Assembly (NCBI GenBank): GCA_963727895.1
Contig: CAVSHT010000005.1
Location: 432,601 to 496,600 of the forward strand
Length of the DNA stretch: 64,000 nt
Reading direction: 5' to 3'
Source of the DNA: an uncultured Methanosarcinaceae archaeon
GTDB taxonomy: Archaea > Halobacteriota > Methanosarcinia > Methanosarcinales > Methanosarcinaceae
The position numbers and the translations under genes were made by a program. Below the pieces are notes generated by a model. The model saw only the letters and a program-made list of their open reading frames with translations. It was not told where the DNA came from and ran no database searches. This document shows positions 10,610-19,931 of this stretch, piece by piece; the first letter of the stretch is position 1; every line of letters starts with the position of its first letter.

Positions 10610-12366
10610 ACTTATTTAATTTATCTCTTTTACAAGGATTATTGCCACTCAATCCAATGCAAATTCCTATGGAAATTGTTGCTGGTCTCAGTTTTGCAGC
10701 AATAGCAATTCCACAAGCTATGGGTTATACTAAAATTGCAGGTATGCCAGTAATTACCGGTGTATATACGCTGCTACTACCAATGGTGGCTTTTGCTATT
10801 TTTGGCTCGTCACGCCATCTTGTCGTAGGTGCAGATTCTGCAACCGCAGCTATTATTGCCAGTGGGTTGGCAACTCTGGCATTACCTAACTCTTCTGAAT
10901 ATGTTGCATATGCAAGCACTATTGCATTGATTGCGGCAATTCTCCTTATTCTTGCTGGTTTCTTGAAATTGGGTTTTCTTGCGGATTTTCTTTCACATAC
11001 TGCTTTAATTGGATTTCTTACCGGTGTTGGAATTCAAATTTCTATATCACAAATTAACGGAATGTTAGGAGTGCCTTCAGGTCAGTTTGGTACATTGACG
11101 AGCATTGTGTTATTGTTAAAAAATATACATTATTTTAGTGTCCCTACACTCATTGTATCAGTCGGTGTGCTCTTAATAGTTGTTCCGTGTAGGATAAAAT
11201 ACAGTAAAATTCCTTGTATGTTAATAGCAATCATTGCCGCAATTGCCGCGAGCTGGTTCTGGAATCTTTCTTCTTATGGAATTGCAACTCTTGGTGAATT
11301 ACCTTCAGGCTTGCCTACATTATCTATACCAACTATACCACTTTCTGACGTACCATCAATTGTAAGTACATCCGTTGCTTGTTTCATGGTAATCCTTGCT
11401 CAGAGTATTGTAACATCAAGAGCATATTCCATCAAATTCGCCGATACGTTCGATGAAAATAAAGAATTGATTGGTCTCGGACTTGCAAATATCACTGCAG
11501 GAATAACGGGAACTTTTGTAGTTAATGGAAGTCCAACAAAGACGGAGGAAGTAAGACGCTCAGGTGGACGTACACAATTTACTCAACTTGTTGCCGTGGC
11601 AGTTACAGCGGCATTCTTACTCTGTTTCACAAAACCATTTGCATACCTTCCAACAGCTGTACTCTCAAGCATAGTTTTCTTTATTGGATTGAACTTAATT
11701 GATATTCATGGAATGCTCGACCTCTATAAACATCGTCGTGTGGAATTTGTAGTCGCAGTTGCGACTGCGATAGCTGTTATTCTCTGTGGTGTGGAAGCCG
11801 GTATTGGTATTGCAATAATACTTTCGATAAGTGTTCACCTGAGACACAGCTATAAACCACTTAATCTATTAATTGTTCCTAAAAATGAGTGCTGTACGAA
11901 GACAGTTCCATTATCAACAAATCAACATGCAATAGAGGGACTGTTAATATATCGCTTTGGTGCAAATCTTTATTTTGCTAATGAAGGTTATTTTGAGGAA
12001 GAAATATTGTCGCTTGTAAAGAGCAGTTATCCAATAAGATGGTTCTGTATTTCTGCGACTAACATAGGTGACATTGATTATACATCCATAGAAACGATGA
12101 GAGTCATATATAACCAACTTAAAACGCGAAAAATAAAATTGGCCATGTGCGATGTTGTTTCTCCTGTCATGGATGAATTAATAAAGGATGGTCTTATCGA
12201 TTTAATTGGCAAAGAACATATTTTTGAGACGGTGTATGATTTAATGGAGGCTTATAATAACACTAGATTTTCTGATGTAAAAGCACACGATCAAGCTACC
12301 ATTCAATGCTCTTCTAAGATGCCTTATACATCAGCTCAACGAAGTGACTTGGAACATTCTGCTTAA
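10585..12366 (+). CDS. SulP/SLC26 anion transporter with C-terminal STAS domain
   Basis: AGLSFAAIAIPQAMGY, FGSSRHLVVG, LYFAN STAS motif. Confidence 0.92.
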   Translation: MKHPKNVAHLFNLSLLQGLLPLNPMQIPMEIVAGLSFAAIAIPQAMGYTKIAGMPVITGVYTLLLPMVAFAIFGSSRHLVVGADSATAAIIASGLATLALPNSSEYVAYASTIALIAAILLILAGFLKLGFLADFLSHTALIGFLTGVGIQISISQINGMLGVPSGQFGTLTSIVLLLKNIHYFSVPTLIVSVGVLLIVVPCRIKYSKIPCMLIAIIAAIAASWFWNLSSYGIATLGELPSGLPTLSIPTIPLSDVPSIVSTSVACFMVILAQSIVTSRAYSIKFADTFDENKELIGLGLANITAGITGTFVVNGSPTKTEEVRRSGGRTQFTQLVAVAVTAAFLLCFTKPFAYLPTAVLSSIVFFIGLNLIDIHGMLDLYKHRRVEFVVAVATAIAVILCGVEAGIGIAIILSISVHLRHSYKPLNLLIVPKNECCTKTVPLSTNQHAIEGLLIYRFGANLYFANEGYFEEEILSLVKSSYPIRWFCISATNIGDIDYTSIETMRVIYNQLKTRKIKLAMCDVVSPVMDELIKDGLIDLIGKEHIFETVYDLMEAYNNTRFSDVKAHDQATIQCSSKMPYTSAQRSDLEHSA

Positions 12367-12412
12367 CCTTACAAACATAGATACCGCTTTATAAATTATA
12401 GAACTTACGCAG

Positions 12413-12873
12413 TTGAACAAAAAAATCGATAAGACCGTGCTGATGAGGTCATCTGATTCTCCTGCAATCGAGGAAATATCAGTACTTATCCTTCGTTACT
12501 TCATAGGTATTCTAAAGCATGGGTATAACCAGAAAGGAGAATGGATTTCATTCAAAGAACTTAGGGGTGGACAAGCTATCCAACTTTTCAGAAAAATACA
12601 ATTAAATCGTTATTGAAAAGCCTTAGAGAAGATCCAGATAGTTTGATCCAGAATCTGATGGGTCGCTTTGGAGTCAAGCTTGTTGAAGGTGGTGATGTCT
12701 CGGTATAGCTGGTTACCTTTCCAAATGTTCGTGTCAAGTTCATTTTTTGGTTTGCAGATAAAGAGCTTCCACCTGAAGTGACTATACTGTTCGATAGGGA
12801 ATTGGCAGAGATTTTTACCACAGAGGAAATTGCAGCTTTAATGTTTTTCTTAGCTAATAGCATTGTTGCCTAA
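12413..12873 (+). pseudogene. DUF3786-like protein, frameshift plus internal TAG
   Basis: WISFKELRGG..GDVSV*LVTFPNVRVKFIFWFADKELPPEVTILFD. Confidence 0.65.
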
Positions 12874-12996
12874 TGGATTAGGCACCTTAGGTTAATAGCA
12901 ATTTTTAGCCGTGTTAATACTTTCACATAGCTTCCTCAAGCCTTTTAATATTTTTTCATCTAATATTGCCTTGATGCTCGCACACAATCAACCTAC

Positions 12997-14178
12997 ATGC
13001 AGCACTGAAAGGCAGATTGTTCTCCATGTAGATATGGATTCGTTTTTGCATCAGTTGAAGTTAGAGAGCATCCTGAACTTAAAGGTCTACCAGTTGTAGT
13101 GGGTTCAGACCCGAATGGAGGAAAAGGTAGGGGAGTCGTTAGCACTTGTTCATATGAGGCAAGGAAATACGGGATACACTCGTCAATGCCAGTTTCACAG
13201 GCTTTTAAACTTTGTCCAGATGCTGCCTTTGTGCCTGTGAACATGAAACTCTATGCACAGGTTTCAGCGAACGTAATGGAGATAATGAAAGGGTTTACTG
13301 AGAAATTCCAGCAGTTTAGTGTGGACGAAGCTTTTCTAGTGCCGGTTGCTGTCAGTAATTTTGAAGAAACTGCAATAATTGCTATAAGGATAGGACGAAA
13401 TCCTGAAGCAGGAAGGAATTACATGTTCAGTGGGGTCGGACCGAATAAACTAACTGCAAAGATCGCCTCAAAGTTTCAGAAACCGGATGGGTTGACCGTC
13501 ATAAGACCTGAAGATGTCCAAGAGTTTCTTTCTCCTCTAGATGTCTCAAAAATCCCTGGTATAGGTGAAAAAACAACCGAGGCTCTTAAACTGATAGGAA
13601 TAACCAAAGTCGAAGAGTTAGCAAACTGCGATATCCAGAGGCTTTCTGAAAGGTTCGGTAAAATGGGTCTATGGATGAAACAGATGGCGCATGGTCTGGA
13701 TTTCAGTGAAGTAAAGGAATGGGAGAAAGCGGTAAAGTCAACAAGTAGGAGTGGAACATTTGAGGAAGATACAAACGATCCAGTAAAAATTGCTGGCTTT
13801 CTGGAATTGATTGCTGAGAGCGTTCATAGAGCTCTTCTAAGAAATAGATTTCTTTTCAAAGTCGTGACCCTTTAAGTGCGCTTCGAGGATTTTTCTACAT
13901 ATACAAGGTCGAAGACTGTGTCTGTCTGGACTTCGGATATATTCGTCATTAAAAGGGTCGCCATATAACTACTTTCTGAGTTTATTGGAAAACAGAAAAT
14001 TAGACTAGTGTCATGAAAATTTAGTTATTAGTAATCTAATGAGCTCAAAATCGTTGTATGCTGACGAGAAGCTACCAATATTATGCTCAACAATTAAATT
14101 GTCAAGACACTAGTAGGTATAGGGGTCTCGAGACTAAGGGAAAGAGACACGAGGAAGACTCTGATTATGGATTTTTAA
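12997..14178 (+). pseudogene. dinB: DNA polymerase IV (DinB, Y-family), disrupted
   Basis: LHVDMDSF, CSYEARKYGI, SVDEAF, KPDG, PGIG motifs; frameshifts, TAA at 13873, MITE in the C-terminal IRLVGIGVS. Confidence 0.9.
14005..14113. mobile_element. MITE (105-bp insertion) in dinB at a CTAG site
   Basis: Imperfect 22-bp TIR CTAGTGTCATGAAAATTTAGTT vs CTAGTGTCTTGACAATTTAATT; removing it restores KIRLVGIGVSRL. Confidence 0.85.
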
Positions 14179-14605
14179 AATCAATTTTAGAACGGAAATT
14201 TCTTACATTACTCTTTTCGTTGCTTCTTTTGCTATTCCTACAGACTTTTTTCCTACTTGCAAGGTGGCTATAACAGAGTAGTTTGTGGCTGTGTCAATTA
14301 CAGAAATATTGTTGTCATGTTGGTTTGTTGTATACGCATATATCGTCGTGGTTAGAAAACTTGGTTTCTCTAAGGGTACTTTACTTTATATGAAGCAAGA
14401 AGCCGACTCAGGTAAATGGTTTACGAACAAAAGTCATTATATTTTTATACTGAATAAAGTTGATTGGTAACTTTCATTCAACTGGTTCTATGAATACAAA
14501 GAACGCATCTTAAATATAGTTCTGTTTTGAAAACAATAGATATAAGGAATATTAAGGTGTATTCAGTATTAACATTTTTTGAATTATTGGGGGCAAAGAG
14601 AATAA

Positions 14606-17143
14606 ATGAAAAATAAGCAAAAGTTGTATTCTGTAGCTTTAGCTTCAACAACCTTATTTTTTATGTTTTCAATTTTAATTTCATCTGTGGCATCAGCGTC
14701 ACAGGTAACGGCACAGGTGACGAGAATTGGTAATGGATCTGATCCTGCTATTTATGGTAACAAGGTAGTATGGACAAATGGGGGTATTATTCATCTTTAT
14801 GATTTGACCTCGAAAACAGACACTACAGTTAGCTCTTCTACAGCATCTCATCCAGCTATTTACGGTAATAAATTAGTTTGGCATGATAAAAGCAGTGGAG
14901 TGCCAAGACTTACAGTTTATGATATACCTTCAGGTGCTCGATCTTACATTACTGAGGATGTGGACAACAGCAGTATTCCTTCTATTTATGGCAATATAAT
15001 CGTTTGGAGTGCAAATTACAATGAATCGAATTATAACTACAACGTATATATGCGGGACATATCAACTTCTACACAGATTAAAATTGCAGAGGGCAATAGT
15101 CCTGATATATACGATACCAAGATAACATATGGTTACGAGGATGAAGATGGAAGAGCCATAGCTGTTTACGATATTAATACTACTGAGACTATAAAAGTAG
15201 ATTCCTCTAGCCAGATATTTAGTCCACACATATATGGTAATAACGTGATATGGCCAAATTTCTACTCTAGGGATGGATTTATCCAAATGTATGATCTTAT
15301 TACTAAAAAAACAATAGATGTTACCAATGATAACACAGGTAATACCTTACCTGAATACGCAGGAGTCATTACTGATGCTGGAGACAATACCGGTACACAC
15401 ATTGATATAAACGGGGACAAAATCGTATATTCAAAATCTGGCAATGACCAGTTCGGTTATGCAGGTGTATACGTTTATGATATCCCTTCAGCAAAAAGCA
15501 CTCCAGTCTATATTTATCCAAGAGAGACTTACACAACACCTGATATATACAATGATACTATTGTGTGGGGAATAGGTAGTAACTATGATTGGTATGGTGA
15601 GATTAATGATAATGGCATCTATATGAGTGATCTTTCTGCCACAAACACCTTGCCACCAGTAGCTGAATTTACTGCAAATTTAACTTCTGGAACTGTACCT
15701 TTAGTTGTGCAATTCACTGATCTCAGCACTGGTGGGGTACCCATTTCCTGGTATTGGGACACTGGAGACGGTATCAATTCAAAACACGCCACGAATGCAA
15801 CCCATACGTTTACAAAACCAGGGGTGTATAATGTTACTTTAACAGTGGCAAATGAAGCAGGGAATAGTACGGTTACGAAACCGAATTATATTACTGTAGC
15901 TCCCCCGCAACCACCAGTGGCGGATTTTTCTACTAATGTAACTTCTGGAACAGCACCTCTAACGGTGTTATTCGCTGCTACAAGTAAAGATGGAGCTACA
16001 AGTAAAGTCGAAGAACCTACATCCTGGTATTGGGATTTCGGTGATGATACCAATTCAAATGAGTCGCTAACGGTTCACACATTTACGAAACCAGGAAATT
16101 ATACAATCAGTCTGACTGTGGGAAATATCATCGGGAATAATACAACGATAAGGCCTGATTACATAGTTGTTACTGATCCAAACGCTCCGGTTGCAAACTT
16201 CAACAGCAATGTTACAGAGGGTTATGCTCCCCTGACAGTGCAGTTTAACGATCTTTCCCAGAAAGCAACTTCAAGGATATGGGACTTCAACGACGATGGA
16301 CAGCCTGACTCAAGTGATATAAATTCAGTTTATGTATATGCAAATGCTGGAACCTATACTGTCAATCTAACTGTAAGCAATGAATATGGAACTGTCTCAA
16401 AAACTGCTTTGATAAATGTACTTACACCAAGCAGCTCAAGCGGTGGAAGTAGTGGAGGAAGTAGTCATAGTAGTTCTAGTGGTGGCGGTGGAGGTGGTTC
16501 TCCTGAACCTCAGAGTAATGTCCAAGTAAAAGAACTTTCACAGGCTGTTATTACAAATGGGAAACCTGTAAAATTCGATTTTACAAAGAATGCAACCTGT
16601 GTTGTGTATGTGAGCTTTGATGCAAAAAAGACCTTTGGCAAGACTACAACCATTGCTGAACAGCTCAAAGGGAAATCTGCTCTAGTTTCCGGACTGCCCG
16701 AAGGTGAAGTCTACAAATCCTTTAATATCTGGGTTGGAACTGGTGGATTTGTAACTTCAAAGGACATCGAAAATCCTGTAGTGTGCTTCAAGGTTGAGAA
16801 GTCCTGGCTGCAGGATAAGAAGATTGACCAAGCTTCAATAACTCTCAACAGTTACAGTGACCAAACATGGTCATACCTACCAGTGAAATTATTATGCGAA
16901 GACAATAAATATCTATACTTCACGACAGAACCGCCCAAGTTCTCTTCATTTGCAATAACGGGTACAGCGAAATCATCTGAAGGAACTGTAACGAAAATAG
17001 AGAGTGATTACCCTGAAACAGATAACAATGCAACGAGCAAAGAACCACAAAACGAACGAAAAGGAATCCTGAAAACACCAGATTTTGAGGTATATTATGG
17101 AGTAGCTAGTCTTCTTGCAGTATTTTTATATAAAAGAAGGTAA
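14606..17143 (+). CDS. Cell-surface protein: beta-propeller repeats, 3 PKD domains, PGF-pre-PGF domain, C-terminal anchor
   Basis: PAIYGNKVVW repeats, WDFGD PKD motifs, Ser/Gly linker, FSSFAITG, TM plus KRR tail. Confidence 0.92.
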   Translation: MKNKQKLYSVALASTTLFFMFSILISSVASASQVTAQVTRIGNGSDPAIYGNKVVWTNGGIIHLYDLTSKTDTTVSSSTASHPAIYGNKLVWHDKSSGVPRLTVYDIPSGARSYITEDVDNSSIPSIYGNIIVWSANYNESNYNYNVYMRDISTSTQIKIAEGNSPDIYDTKITYGYEDEDGRAIAVYDINTTETIKVDSSSQIFSPHIYGNNVIWPNFYSRDGFIQMYDLITKKTIDVTNDNTGNTLPEYAGVITDAGDNTGTHIDINGDKIVYSKSGNDQFGYAGVYVYDIPSAKSTPVYIYPRETYTTPDIYNDTIVWGIGSNYDWYGEINDNGIYMSDLSATNTLPPVAEFTANLTSGTVPLVVQFTDLSTGGVPISWYWDTGDGINSKHATNATHTFTKPGVYNVTLTVANEAGNSTVTKPNYITVAPPQPPVADFSTNVTSGTAPLTVLFAATSKDGATSKVEEPTSWYWDFGDDTNSNESLTVHTFTKPGNYTISLTVGNIIGNNTTIRPDYIVVTDPNAPVANFNSNVTEGYAPLTVQFNDLSQKATSRIWDFNDDGQPDSSDINSVYVYANAGTYTVNLTVSNEYGTVSKTALINVLTPSSSSGGSSGGSSHSSSSGGGGGGSPEPQSNVQVKELSQAVITNGKPVKFDFTKNATCVVYVSFDAKKTFGKTTTIAEQLKGKSALVSGLPEGEVYKSFNIWVGTGGFVTSKDIENPVVCFKVEKSWLQDKKIDQASITLNSYSDQTWSYLPVKLLCEDNKYLYFTTEPPKFSSFAITGTAKSSEGTVTKIESDYPETDNNATSKEPQNERKGILKTPDFEVYYGVASLLAVFLYKRR

Positions 17144-17178
17144 AAACGGAAAAATCCAAAGTTTGATGTAAAAATTAG

Positions 17179-17263
17179 TTCGAGAGGTGCGATTCGAACG
17201 CACGAACTCCTACGAGAATAGGCTCTGAACCTATCGCCTTTGACCTGGCTGGGCAACTCTCGC
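17179..17263 (-). tRNA. tRNA-Leu (CAG)
   Basis: 85-nt cloverleaf GCGAGAG..., anticodon arm ATAGG-TTCAGAG-CCTAT, long variable arm, GTTCGAATC T-loop; G1-A72 mismatch. Confidence 0.92.
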
Positions 17264-17287
17264 ATATTGACAATTTCTCTACAAAAC

Positions 17288-17314
17288 ATTTAGTCCTGTA
17301 TGTTAGACTCTGAA
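17288..17314 (+). repeat. 27-bp direct repeat, copy 2 (att-like)
   Basis: ATTTAGTCCTGTATGTTAGACTCTGAA directly upstream of the tRNA gene. Confidence 0.8.
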
Positions 17315-17605
17315 CCTAGCCTGAAGAACTAAAATTTCAATATTCAGGATTATAGTTTTGGCAAGAGTCCCTAAAGCAGCCTGTTTCATAAGTGAGGGTA
17401 TAGCTCTCACACTCTTTTTTGTTTAAACATTTTACTGTCTTATGTTAGTGTTTTTAATGCGAAATAATGCATTCGAGGCTTTTTATACATTGTAATTTAT
17501 TTCAATATAAAGAGAAATAAAAAGAGAAGAAAACCATGCAAGGTTTAACTCATTTGGTTAGTGAGTTCTAAGCGCTATGTGTAGAGGTTCTAAGAGGCTT
17601 AAAAG

Positions 17606-18133
17606 ATGGCTACAGGAATATACCATAAGACAAACGTTCTGAAATTCAGAATTATGCATGCAGTATTTTTTGCCGGGAAGCCACTAACATGCAGAGAGAT
17701 TGCAGAAAAACTCAAAATGCCAGCAGGTCCGATATCAGAAGCGATGAGGCATTATAATAATCAGAAACCTCACAAGTACTTTAGCCGGCTAAAACCTAAA
17801 TCTGGTAAAGCATATCGGTACAAGCTCACGAAAACCGGGATGATGTATCTTGCTAGATACGCGAATCGATTTTACGAAGGCTTCAACCTGTCATTAGAAA
17901 GACCTTACAAAGTCATGAGTATGCCAAAACGTGATCGAGTAATGGCTAAGAGGCATGCTGAAGCTGTTGAACGACAGAGGATCCTCAATGAGACAGGCAA
18001 ACAATTACCACCTAAAGCAAAACCAACCATGAAAGAGATGTTGGCAATAAACCCTATAGATCTAATCGATTACATGGGTATTACAAAGCAAGGCGCTACA
18101 GAGTTTGGGATTATAGGATTCGAAGTTGAATAA
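17606..18133 (+). CDS. Basic winged-helix DNA-binding protein, possibly of plasmid/viral origin
   Basis: KPLTCREIAEKLKMPAGPISEAMRHY...YRYKLTKTG wHTH pattern. Confidence 0.65.
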   Translation: MATGIYHKTNVLKFRIMHAVFFAGKPLTCREIAEKLKMPAGPISEAMRHYNNQKPHKYFSRLKPKSGKAYRYKLTKTGMMYLARYANRFYEGFNLSLERPYKVMSMPKRDRVMAKRHAEAVERQRILNETGKQLPPKAKPTMKEMLAINPIDLIDYMGITKQGATEFGIIGFEVE

Positions 18134-18827
18134 TGCTATTTACTTGTTTCATATTTTCAGATATTCATAATATCTAAATTTTCGATATCATATTTCAGAT
18201 ACTTGTATCCACCGGCGCTTCATTTGGGCAACGGCCTACGTGTGCGTATCGCGCACGTATTATATATTCTTAAGCCGCCCCGAGCTGATCATTTGCTGGA
18301 CTCGGGAACCGATCTTGTTTATGAGGTTTTTGTCGAGATTTATTAGGCTAAACGTAATTAGCTGCTCTGTATTTGTAGACTTACTTCGGAATCACAGTAA
18401 TTATTAATGACACTCTAAACACTGGTTAACATTTTGTATATCTATCTCAGTAGCTTCACCTCTAAGCTTTCTATAGATCCCACAGTAACGCTTATCACAA
18501 GCTTTTGTACATGTATATGAATTATTTCGATATGCAGAACATCTTAAAGCGTATTCGCACTTGATATCAAACATATCCAGCTCCTTTTAAACTTCAGTTG
18601 TCCCCACTTCATTTTTGAGCCTATTCTAAAACTTAAAATTGCTTCTCTGATGCTCAAATATTTAAAAAGAAAACAGCACAACTGGCTAATGTAAACATTT
18701 AAACACCAGCCAGTTAAGATTTATTTTAGTTATATTTCTCAGCTATGGTTATACGTTTTTACGAGTACCAATAGTTAGGGTGCAAATACTTAAACATCAG
18801 CTACTTAAAATTATTTTTTCCTCTGCT

Positions 18828-19241
18828 TTAGTGGTAGTATTTATTATAATTGTTGTAAAAATTGTGATAACCGCTGTACCAGCTGTTATATTTTGAGTAC
18901 CAGCCGTTATATTTTACCAATCACGCCATATACATTTTGTACCAGTTATCATAATTTTTGTCGTGTTTCTTGTGGTTCCACTCATTCTTTTGTTTGTACC
19001 AACTGTTCTTTTGTCTGTCCCAACTGTTCTTTTGTCTGTCCCAATCGTTCTTTTGGTTGGTCCAATCGTTCTTTTGGCGATCCCAATTATTCTTTTGTTG
19101 GTTCCAATTATTTATATCCCCAGTATTCTTCCCACCATTATTATATGCATTATTTGGAGCTGCACTTACTGCTGCAACTGTCACTGACATTACAAAACAA
19201 AATGCCAGCAAAATTCCTAGTATCTTTCTCATTTTCAGCAT
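18828..19241 (-). pseudogene. Secreted Trp-heptad repeat protein with an in-frame TGA at 18921-18923
   Basis: Signal peptide MRKILGILLAFCFVMSVTVAAVSA; 21-bp repeats (WDRQKNS); frame continues after TGA to TAA at 18828. Confidence 0.75.
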
Positions 19242-19931
19242 TTTATTTACCCCATATATTTGCTGTTTAGATAGCCTTCCTTTATTTTCTTAACTATCTC
19301 GCTGATTATTCGCAGCTTGACAATCCTAAAATGAACAAGTTAAAATAGAAACATACTTATAAATATAAATTTATAAAAGATTGATTATTAATAAAATGGG
19401 AATTTTTAAAAATTTAATTAATAAATTAACTATTTGGTATTGTTACTTAAATATATCTAGTTCTTTATTTCTGTATTTCATCAATAGAATAACCGAGTAC
19501 TTTAGCATTTCAAGACTTTTTTATAACACTTTGTCTTTCTTCTCAATCTTGCTAGAAAGTGCCTCAATATGCTGTTATATCCCTCAACTGTAAATGTTTC
19601 TGCTTTGGATTGAGTATGAATCGTTTCTGGAAGAAACTCTGCATATGCCCTCCAGTGATCTGTCATCACTTCTCCAATGTCTTTTTTCTTCAATTTTTCC
19701 CAGAGTAGTTTTCCAGTTTCCGTTCCTCTACTACCAAAAGAACAGTTGATGAACTTTTTCCCAACTCTATCAACAGCAATCCAGATCCAGCAATATTTTT
19801 TTTGTTACCGATGTAAGTGTGCATTTCATCCATTTCAACAATAGATATTTCATTTTCACTTTTTAGAGCCTCTAACTCCTGACCAAATTTCTTTATCCAT
19901 TTTTGGACAGAAACGTGACTTACCCCTAAAA

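Noticed and set aside
12706..12708. In-frame TAG in the DUF3786-like gene as a possible pyrrolysine codon
   Set aside because: The same gene has an upstream frameshift and a damaged 5' end; simple decay explains it.
18960..19110. 21-bp periodic repeats as a CRISPR or DNA array
   Set aside because: They are coding heptad repeats of the minus-strand secreted protein; the overlapping + strand ORFs are shadows.
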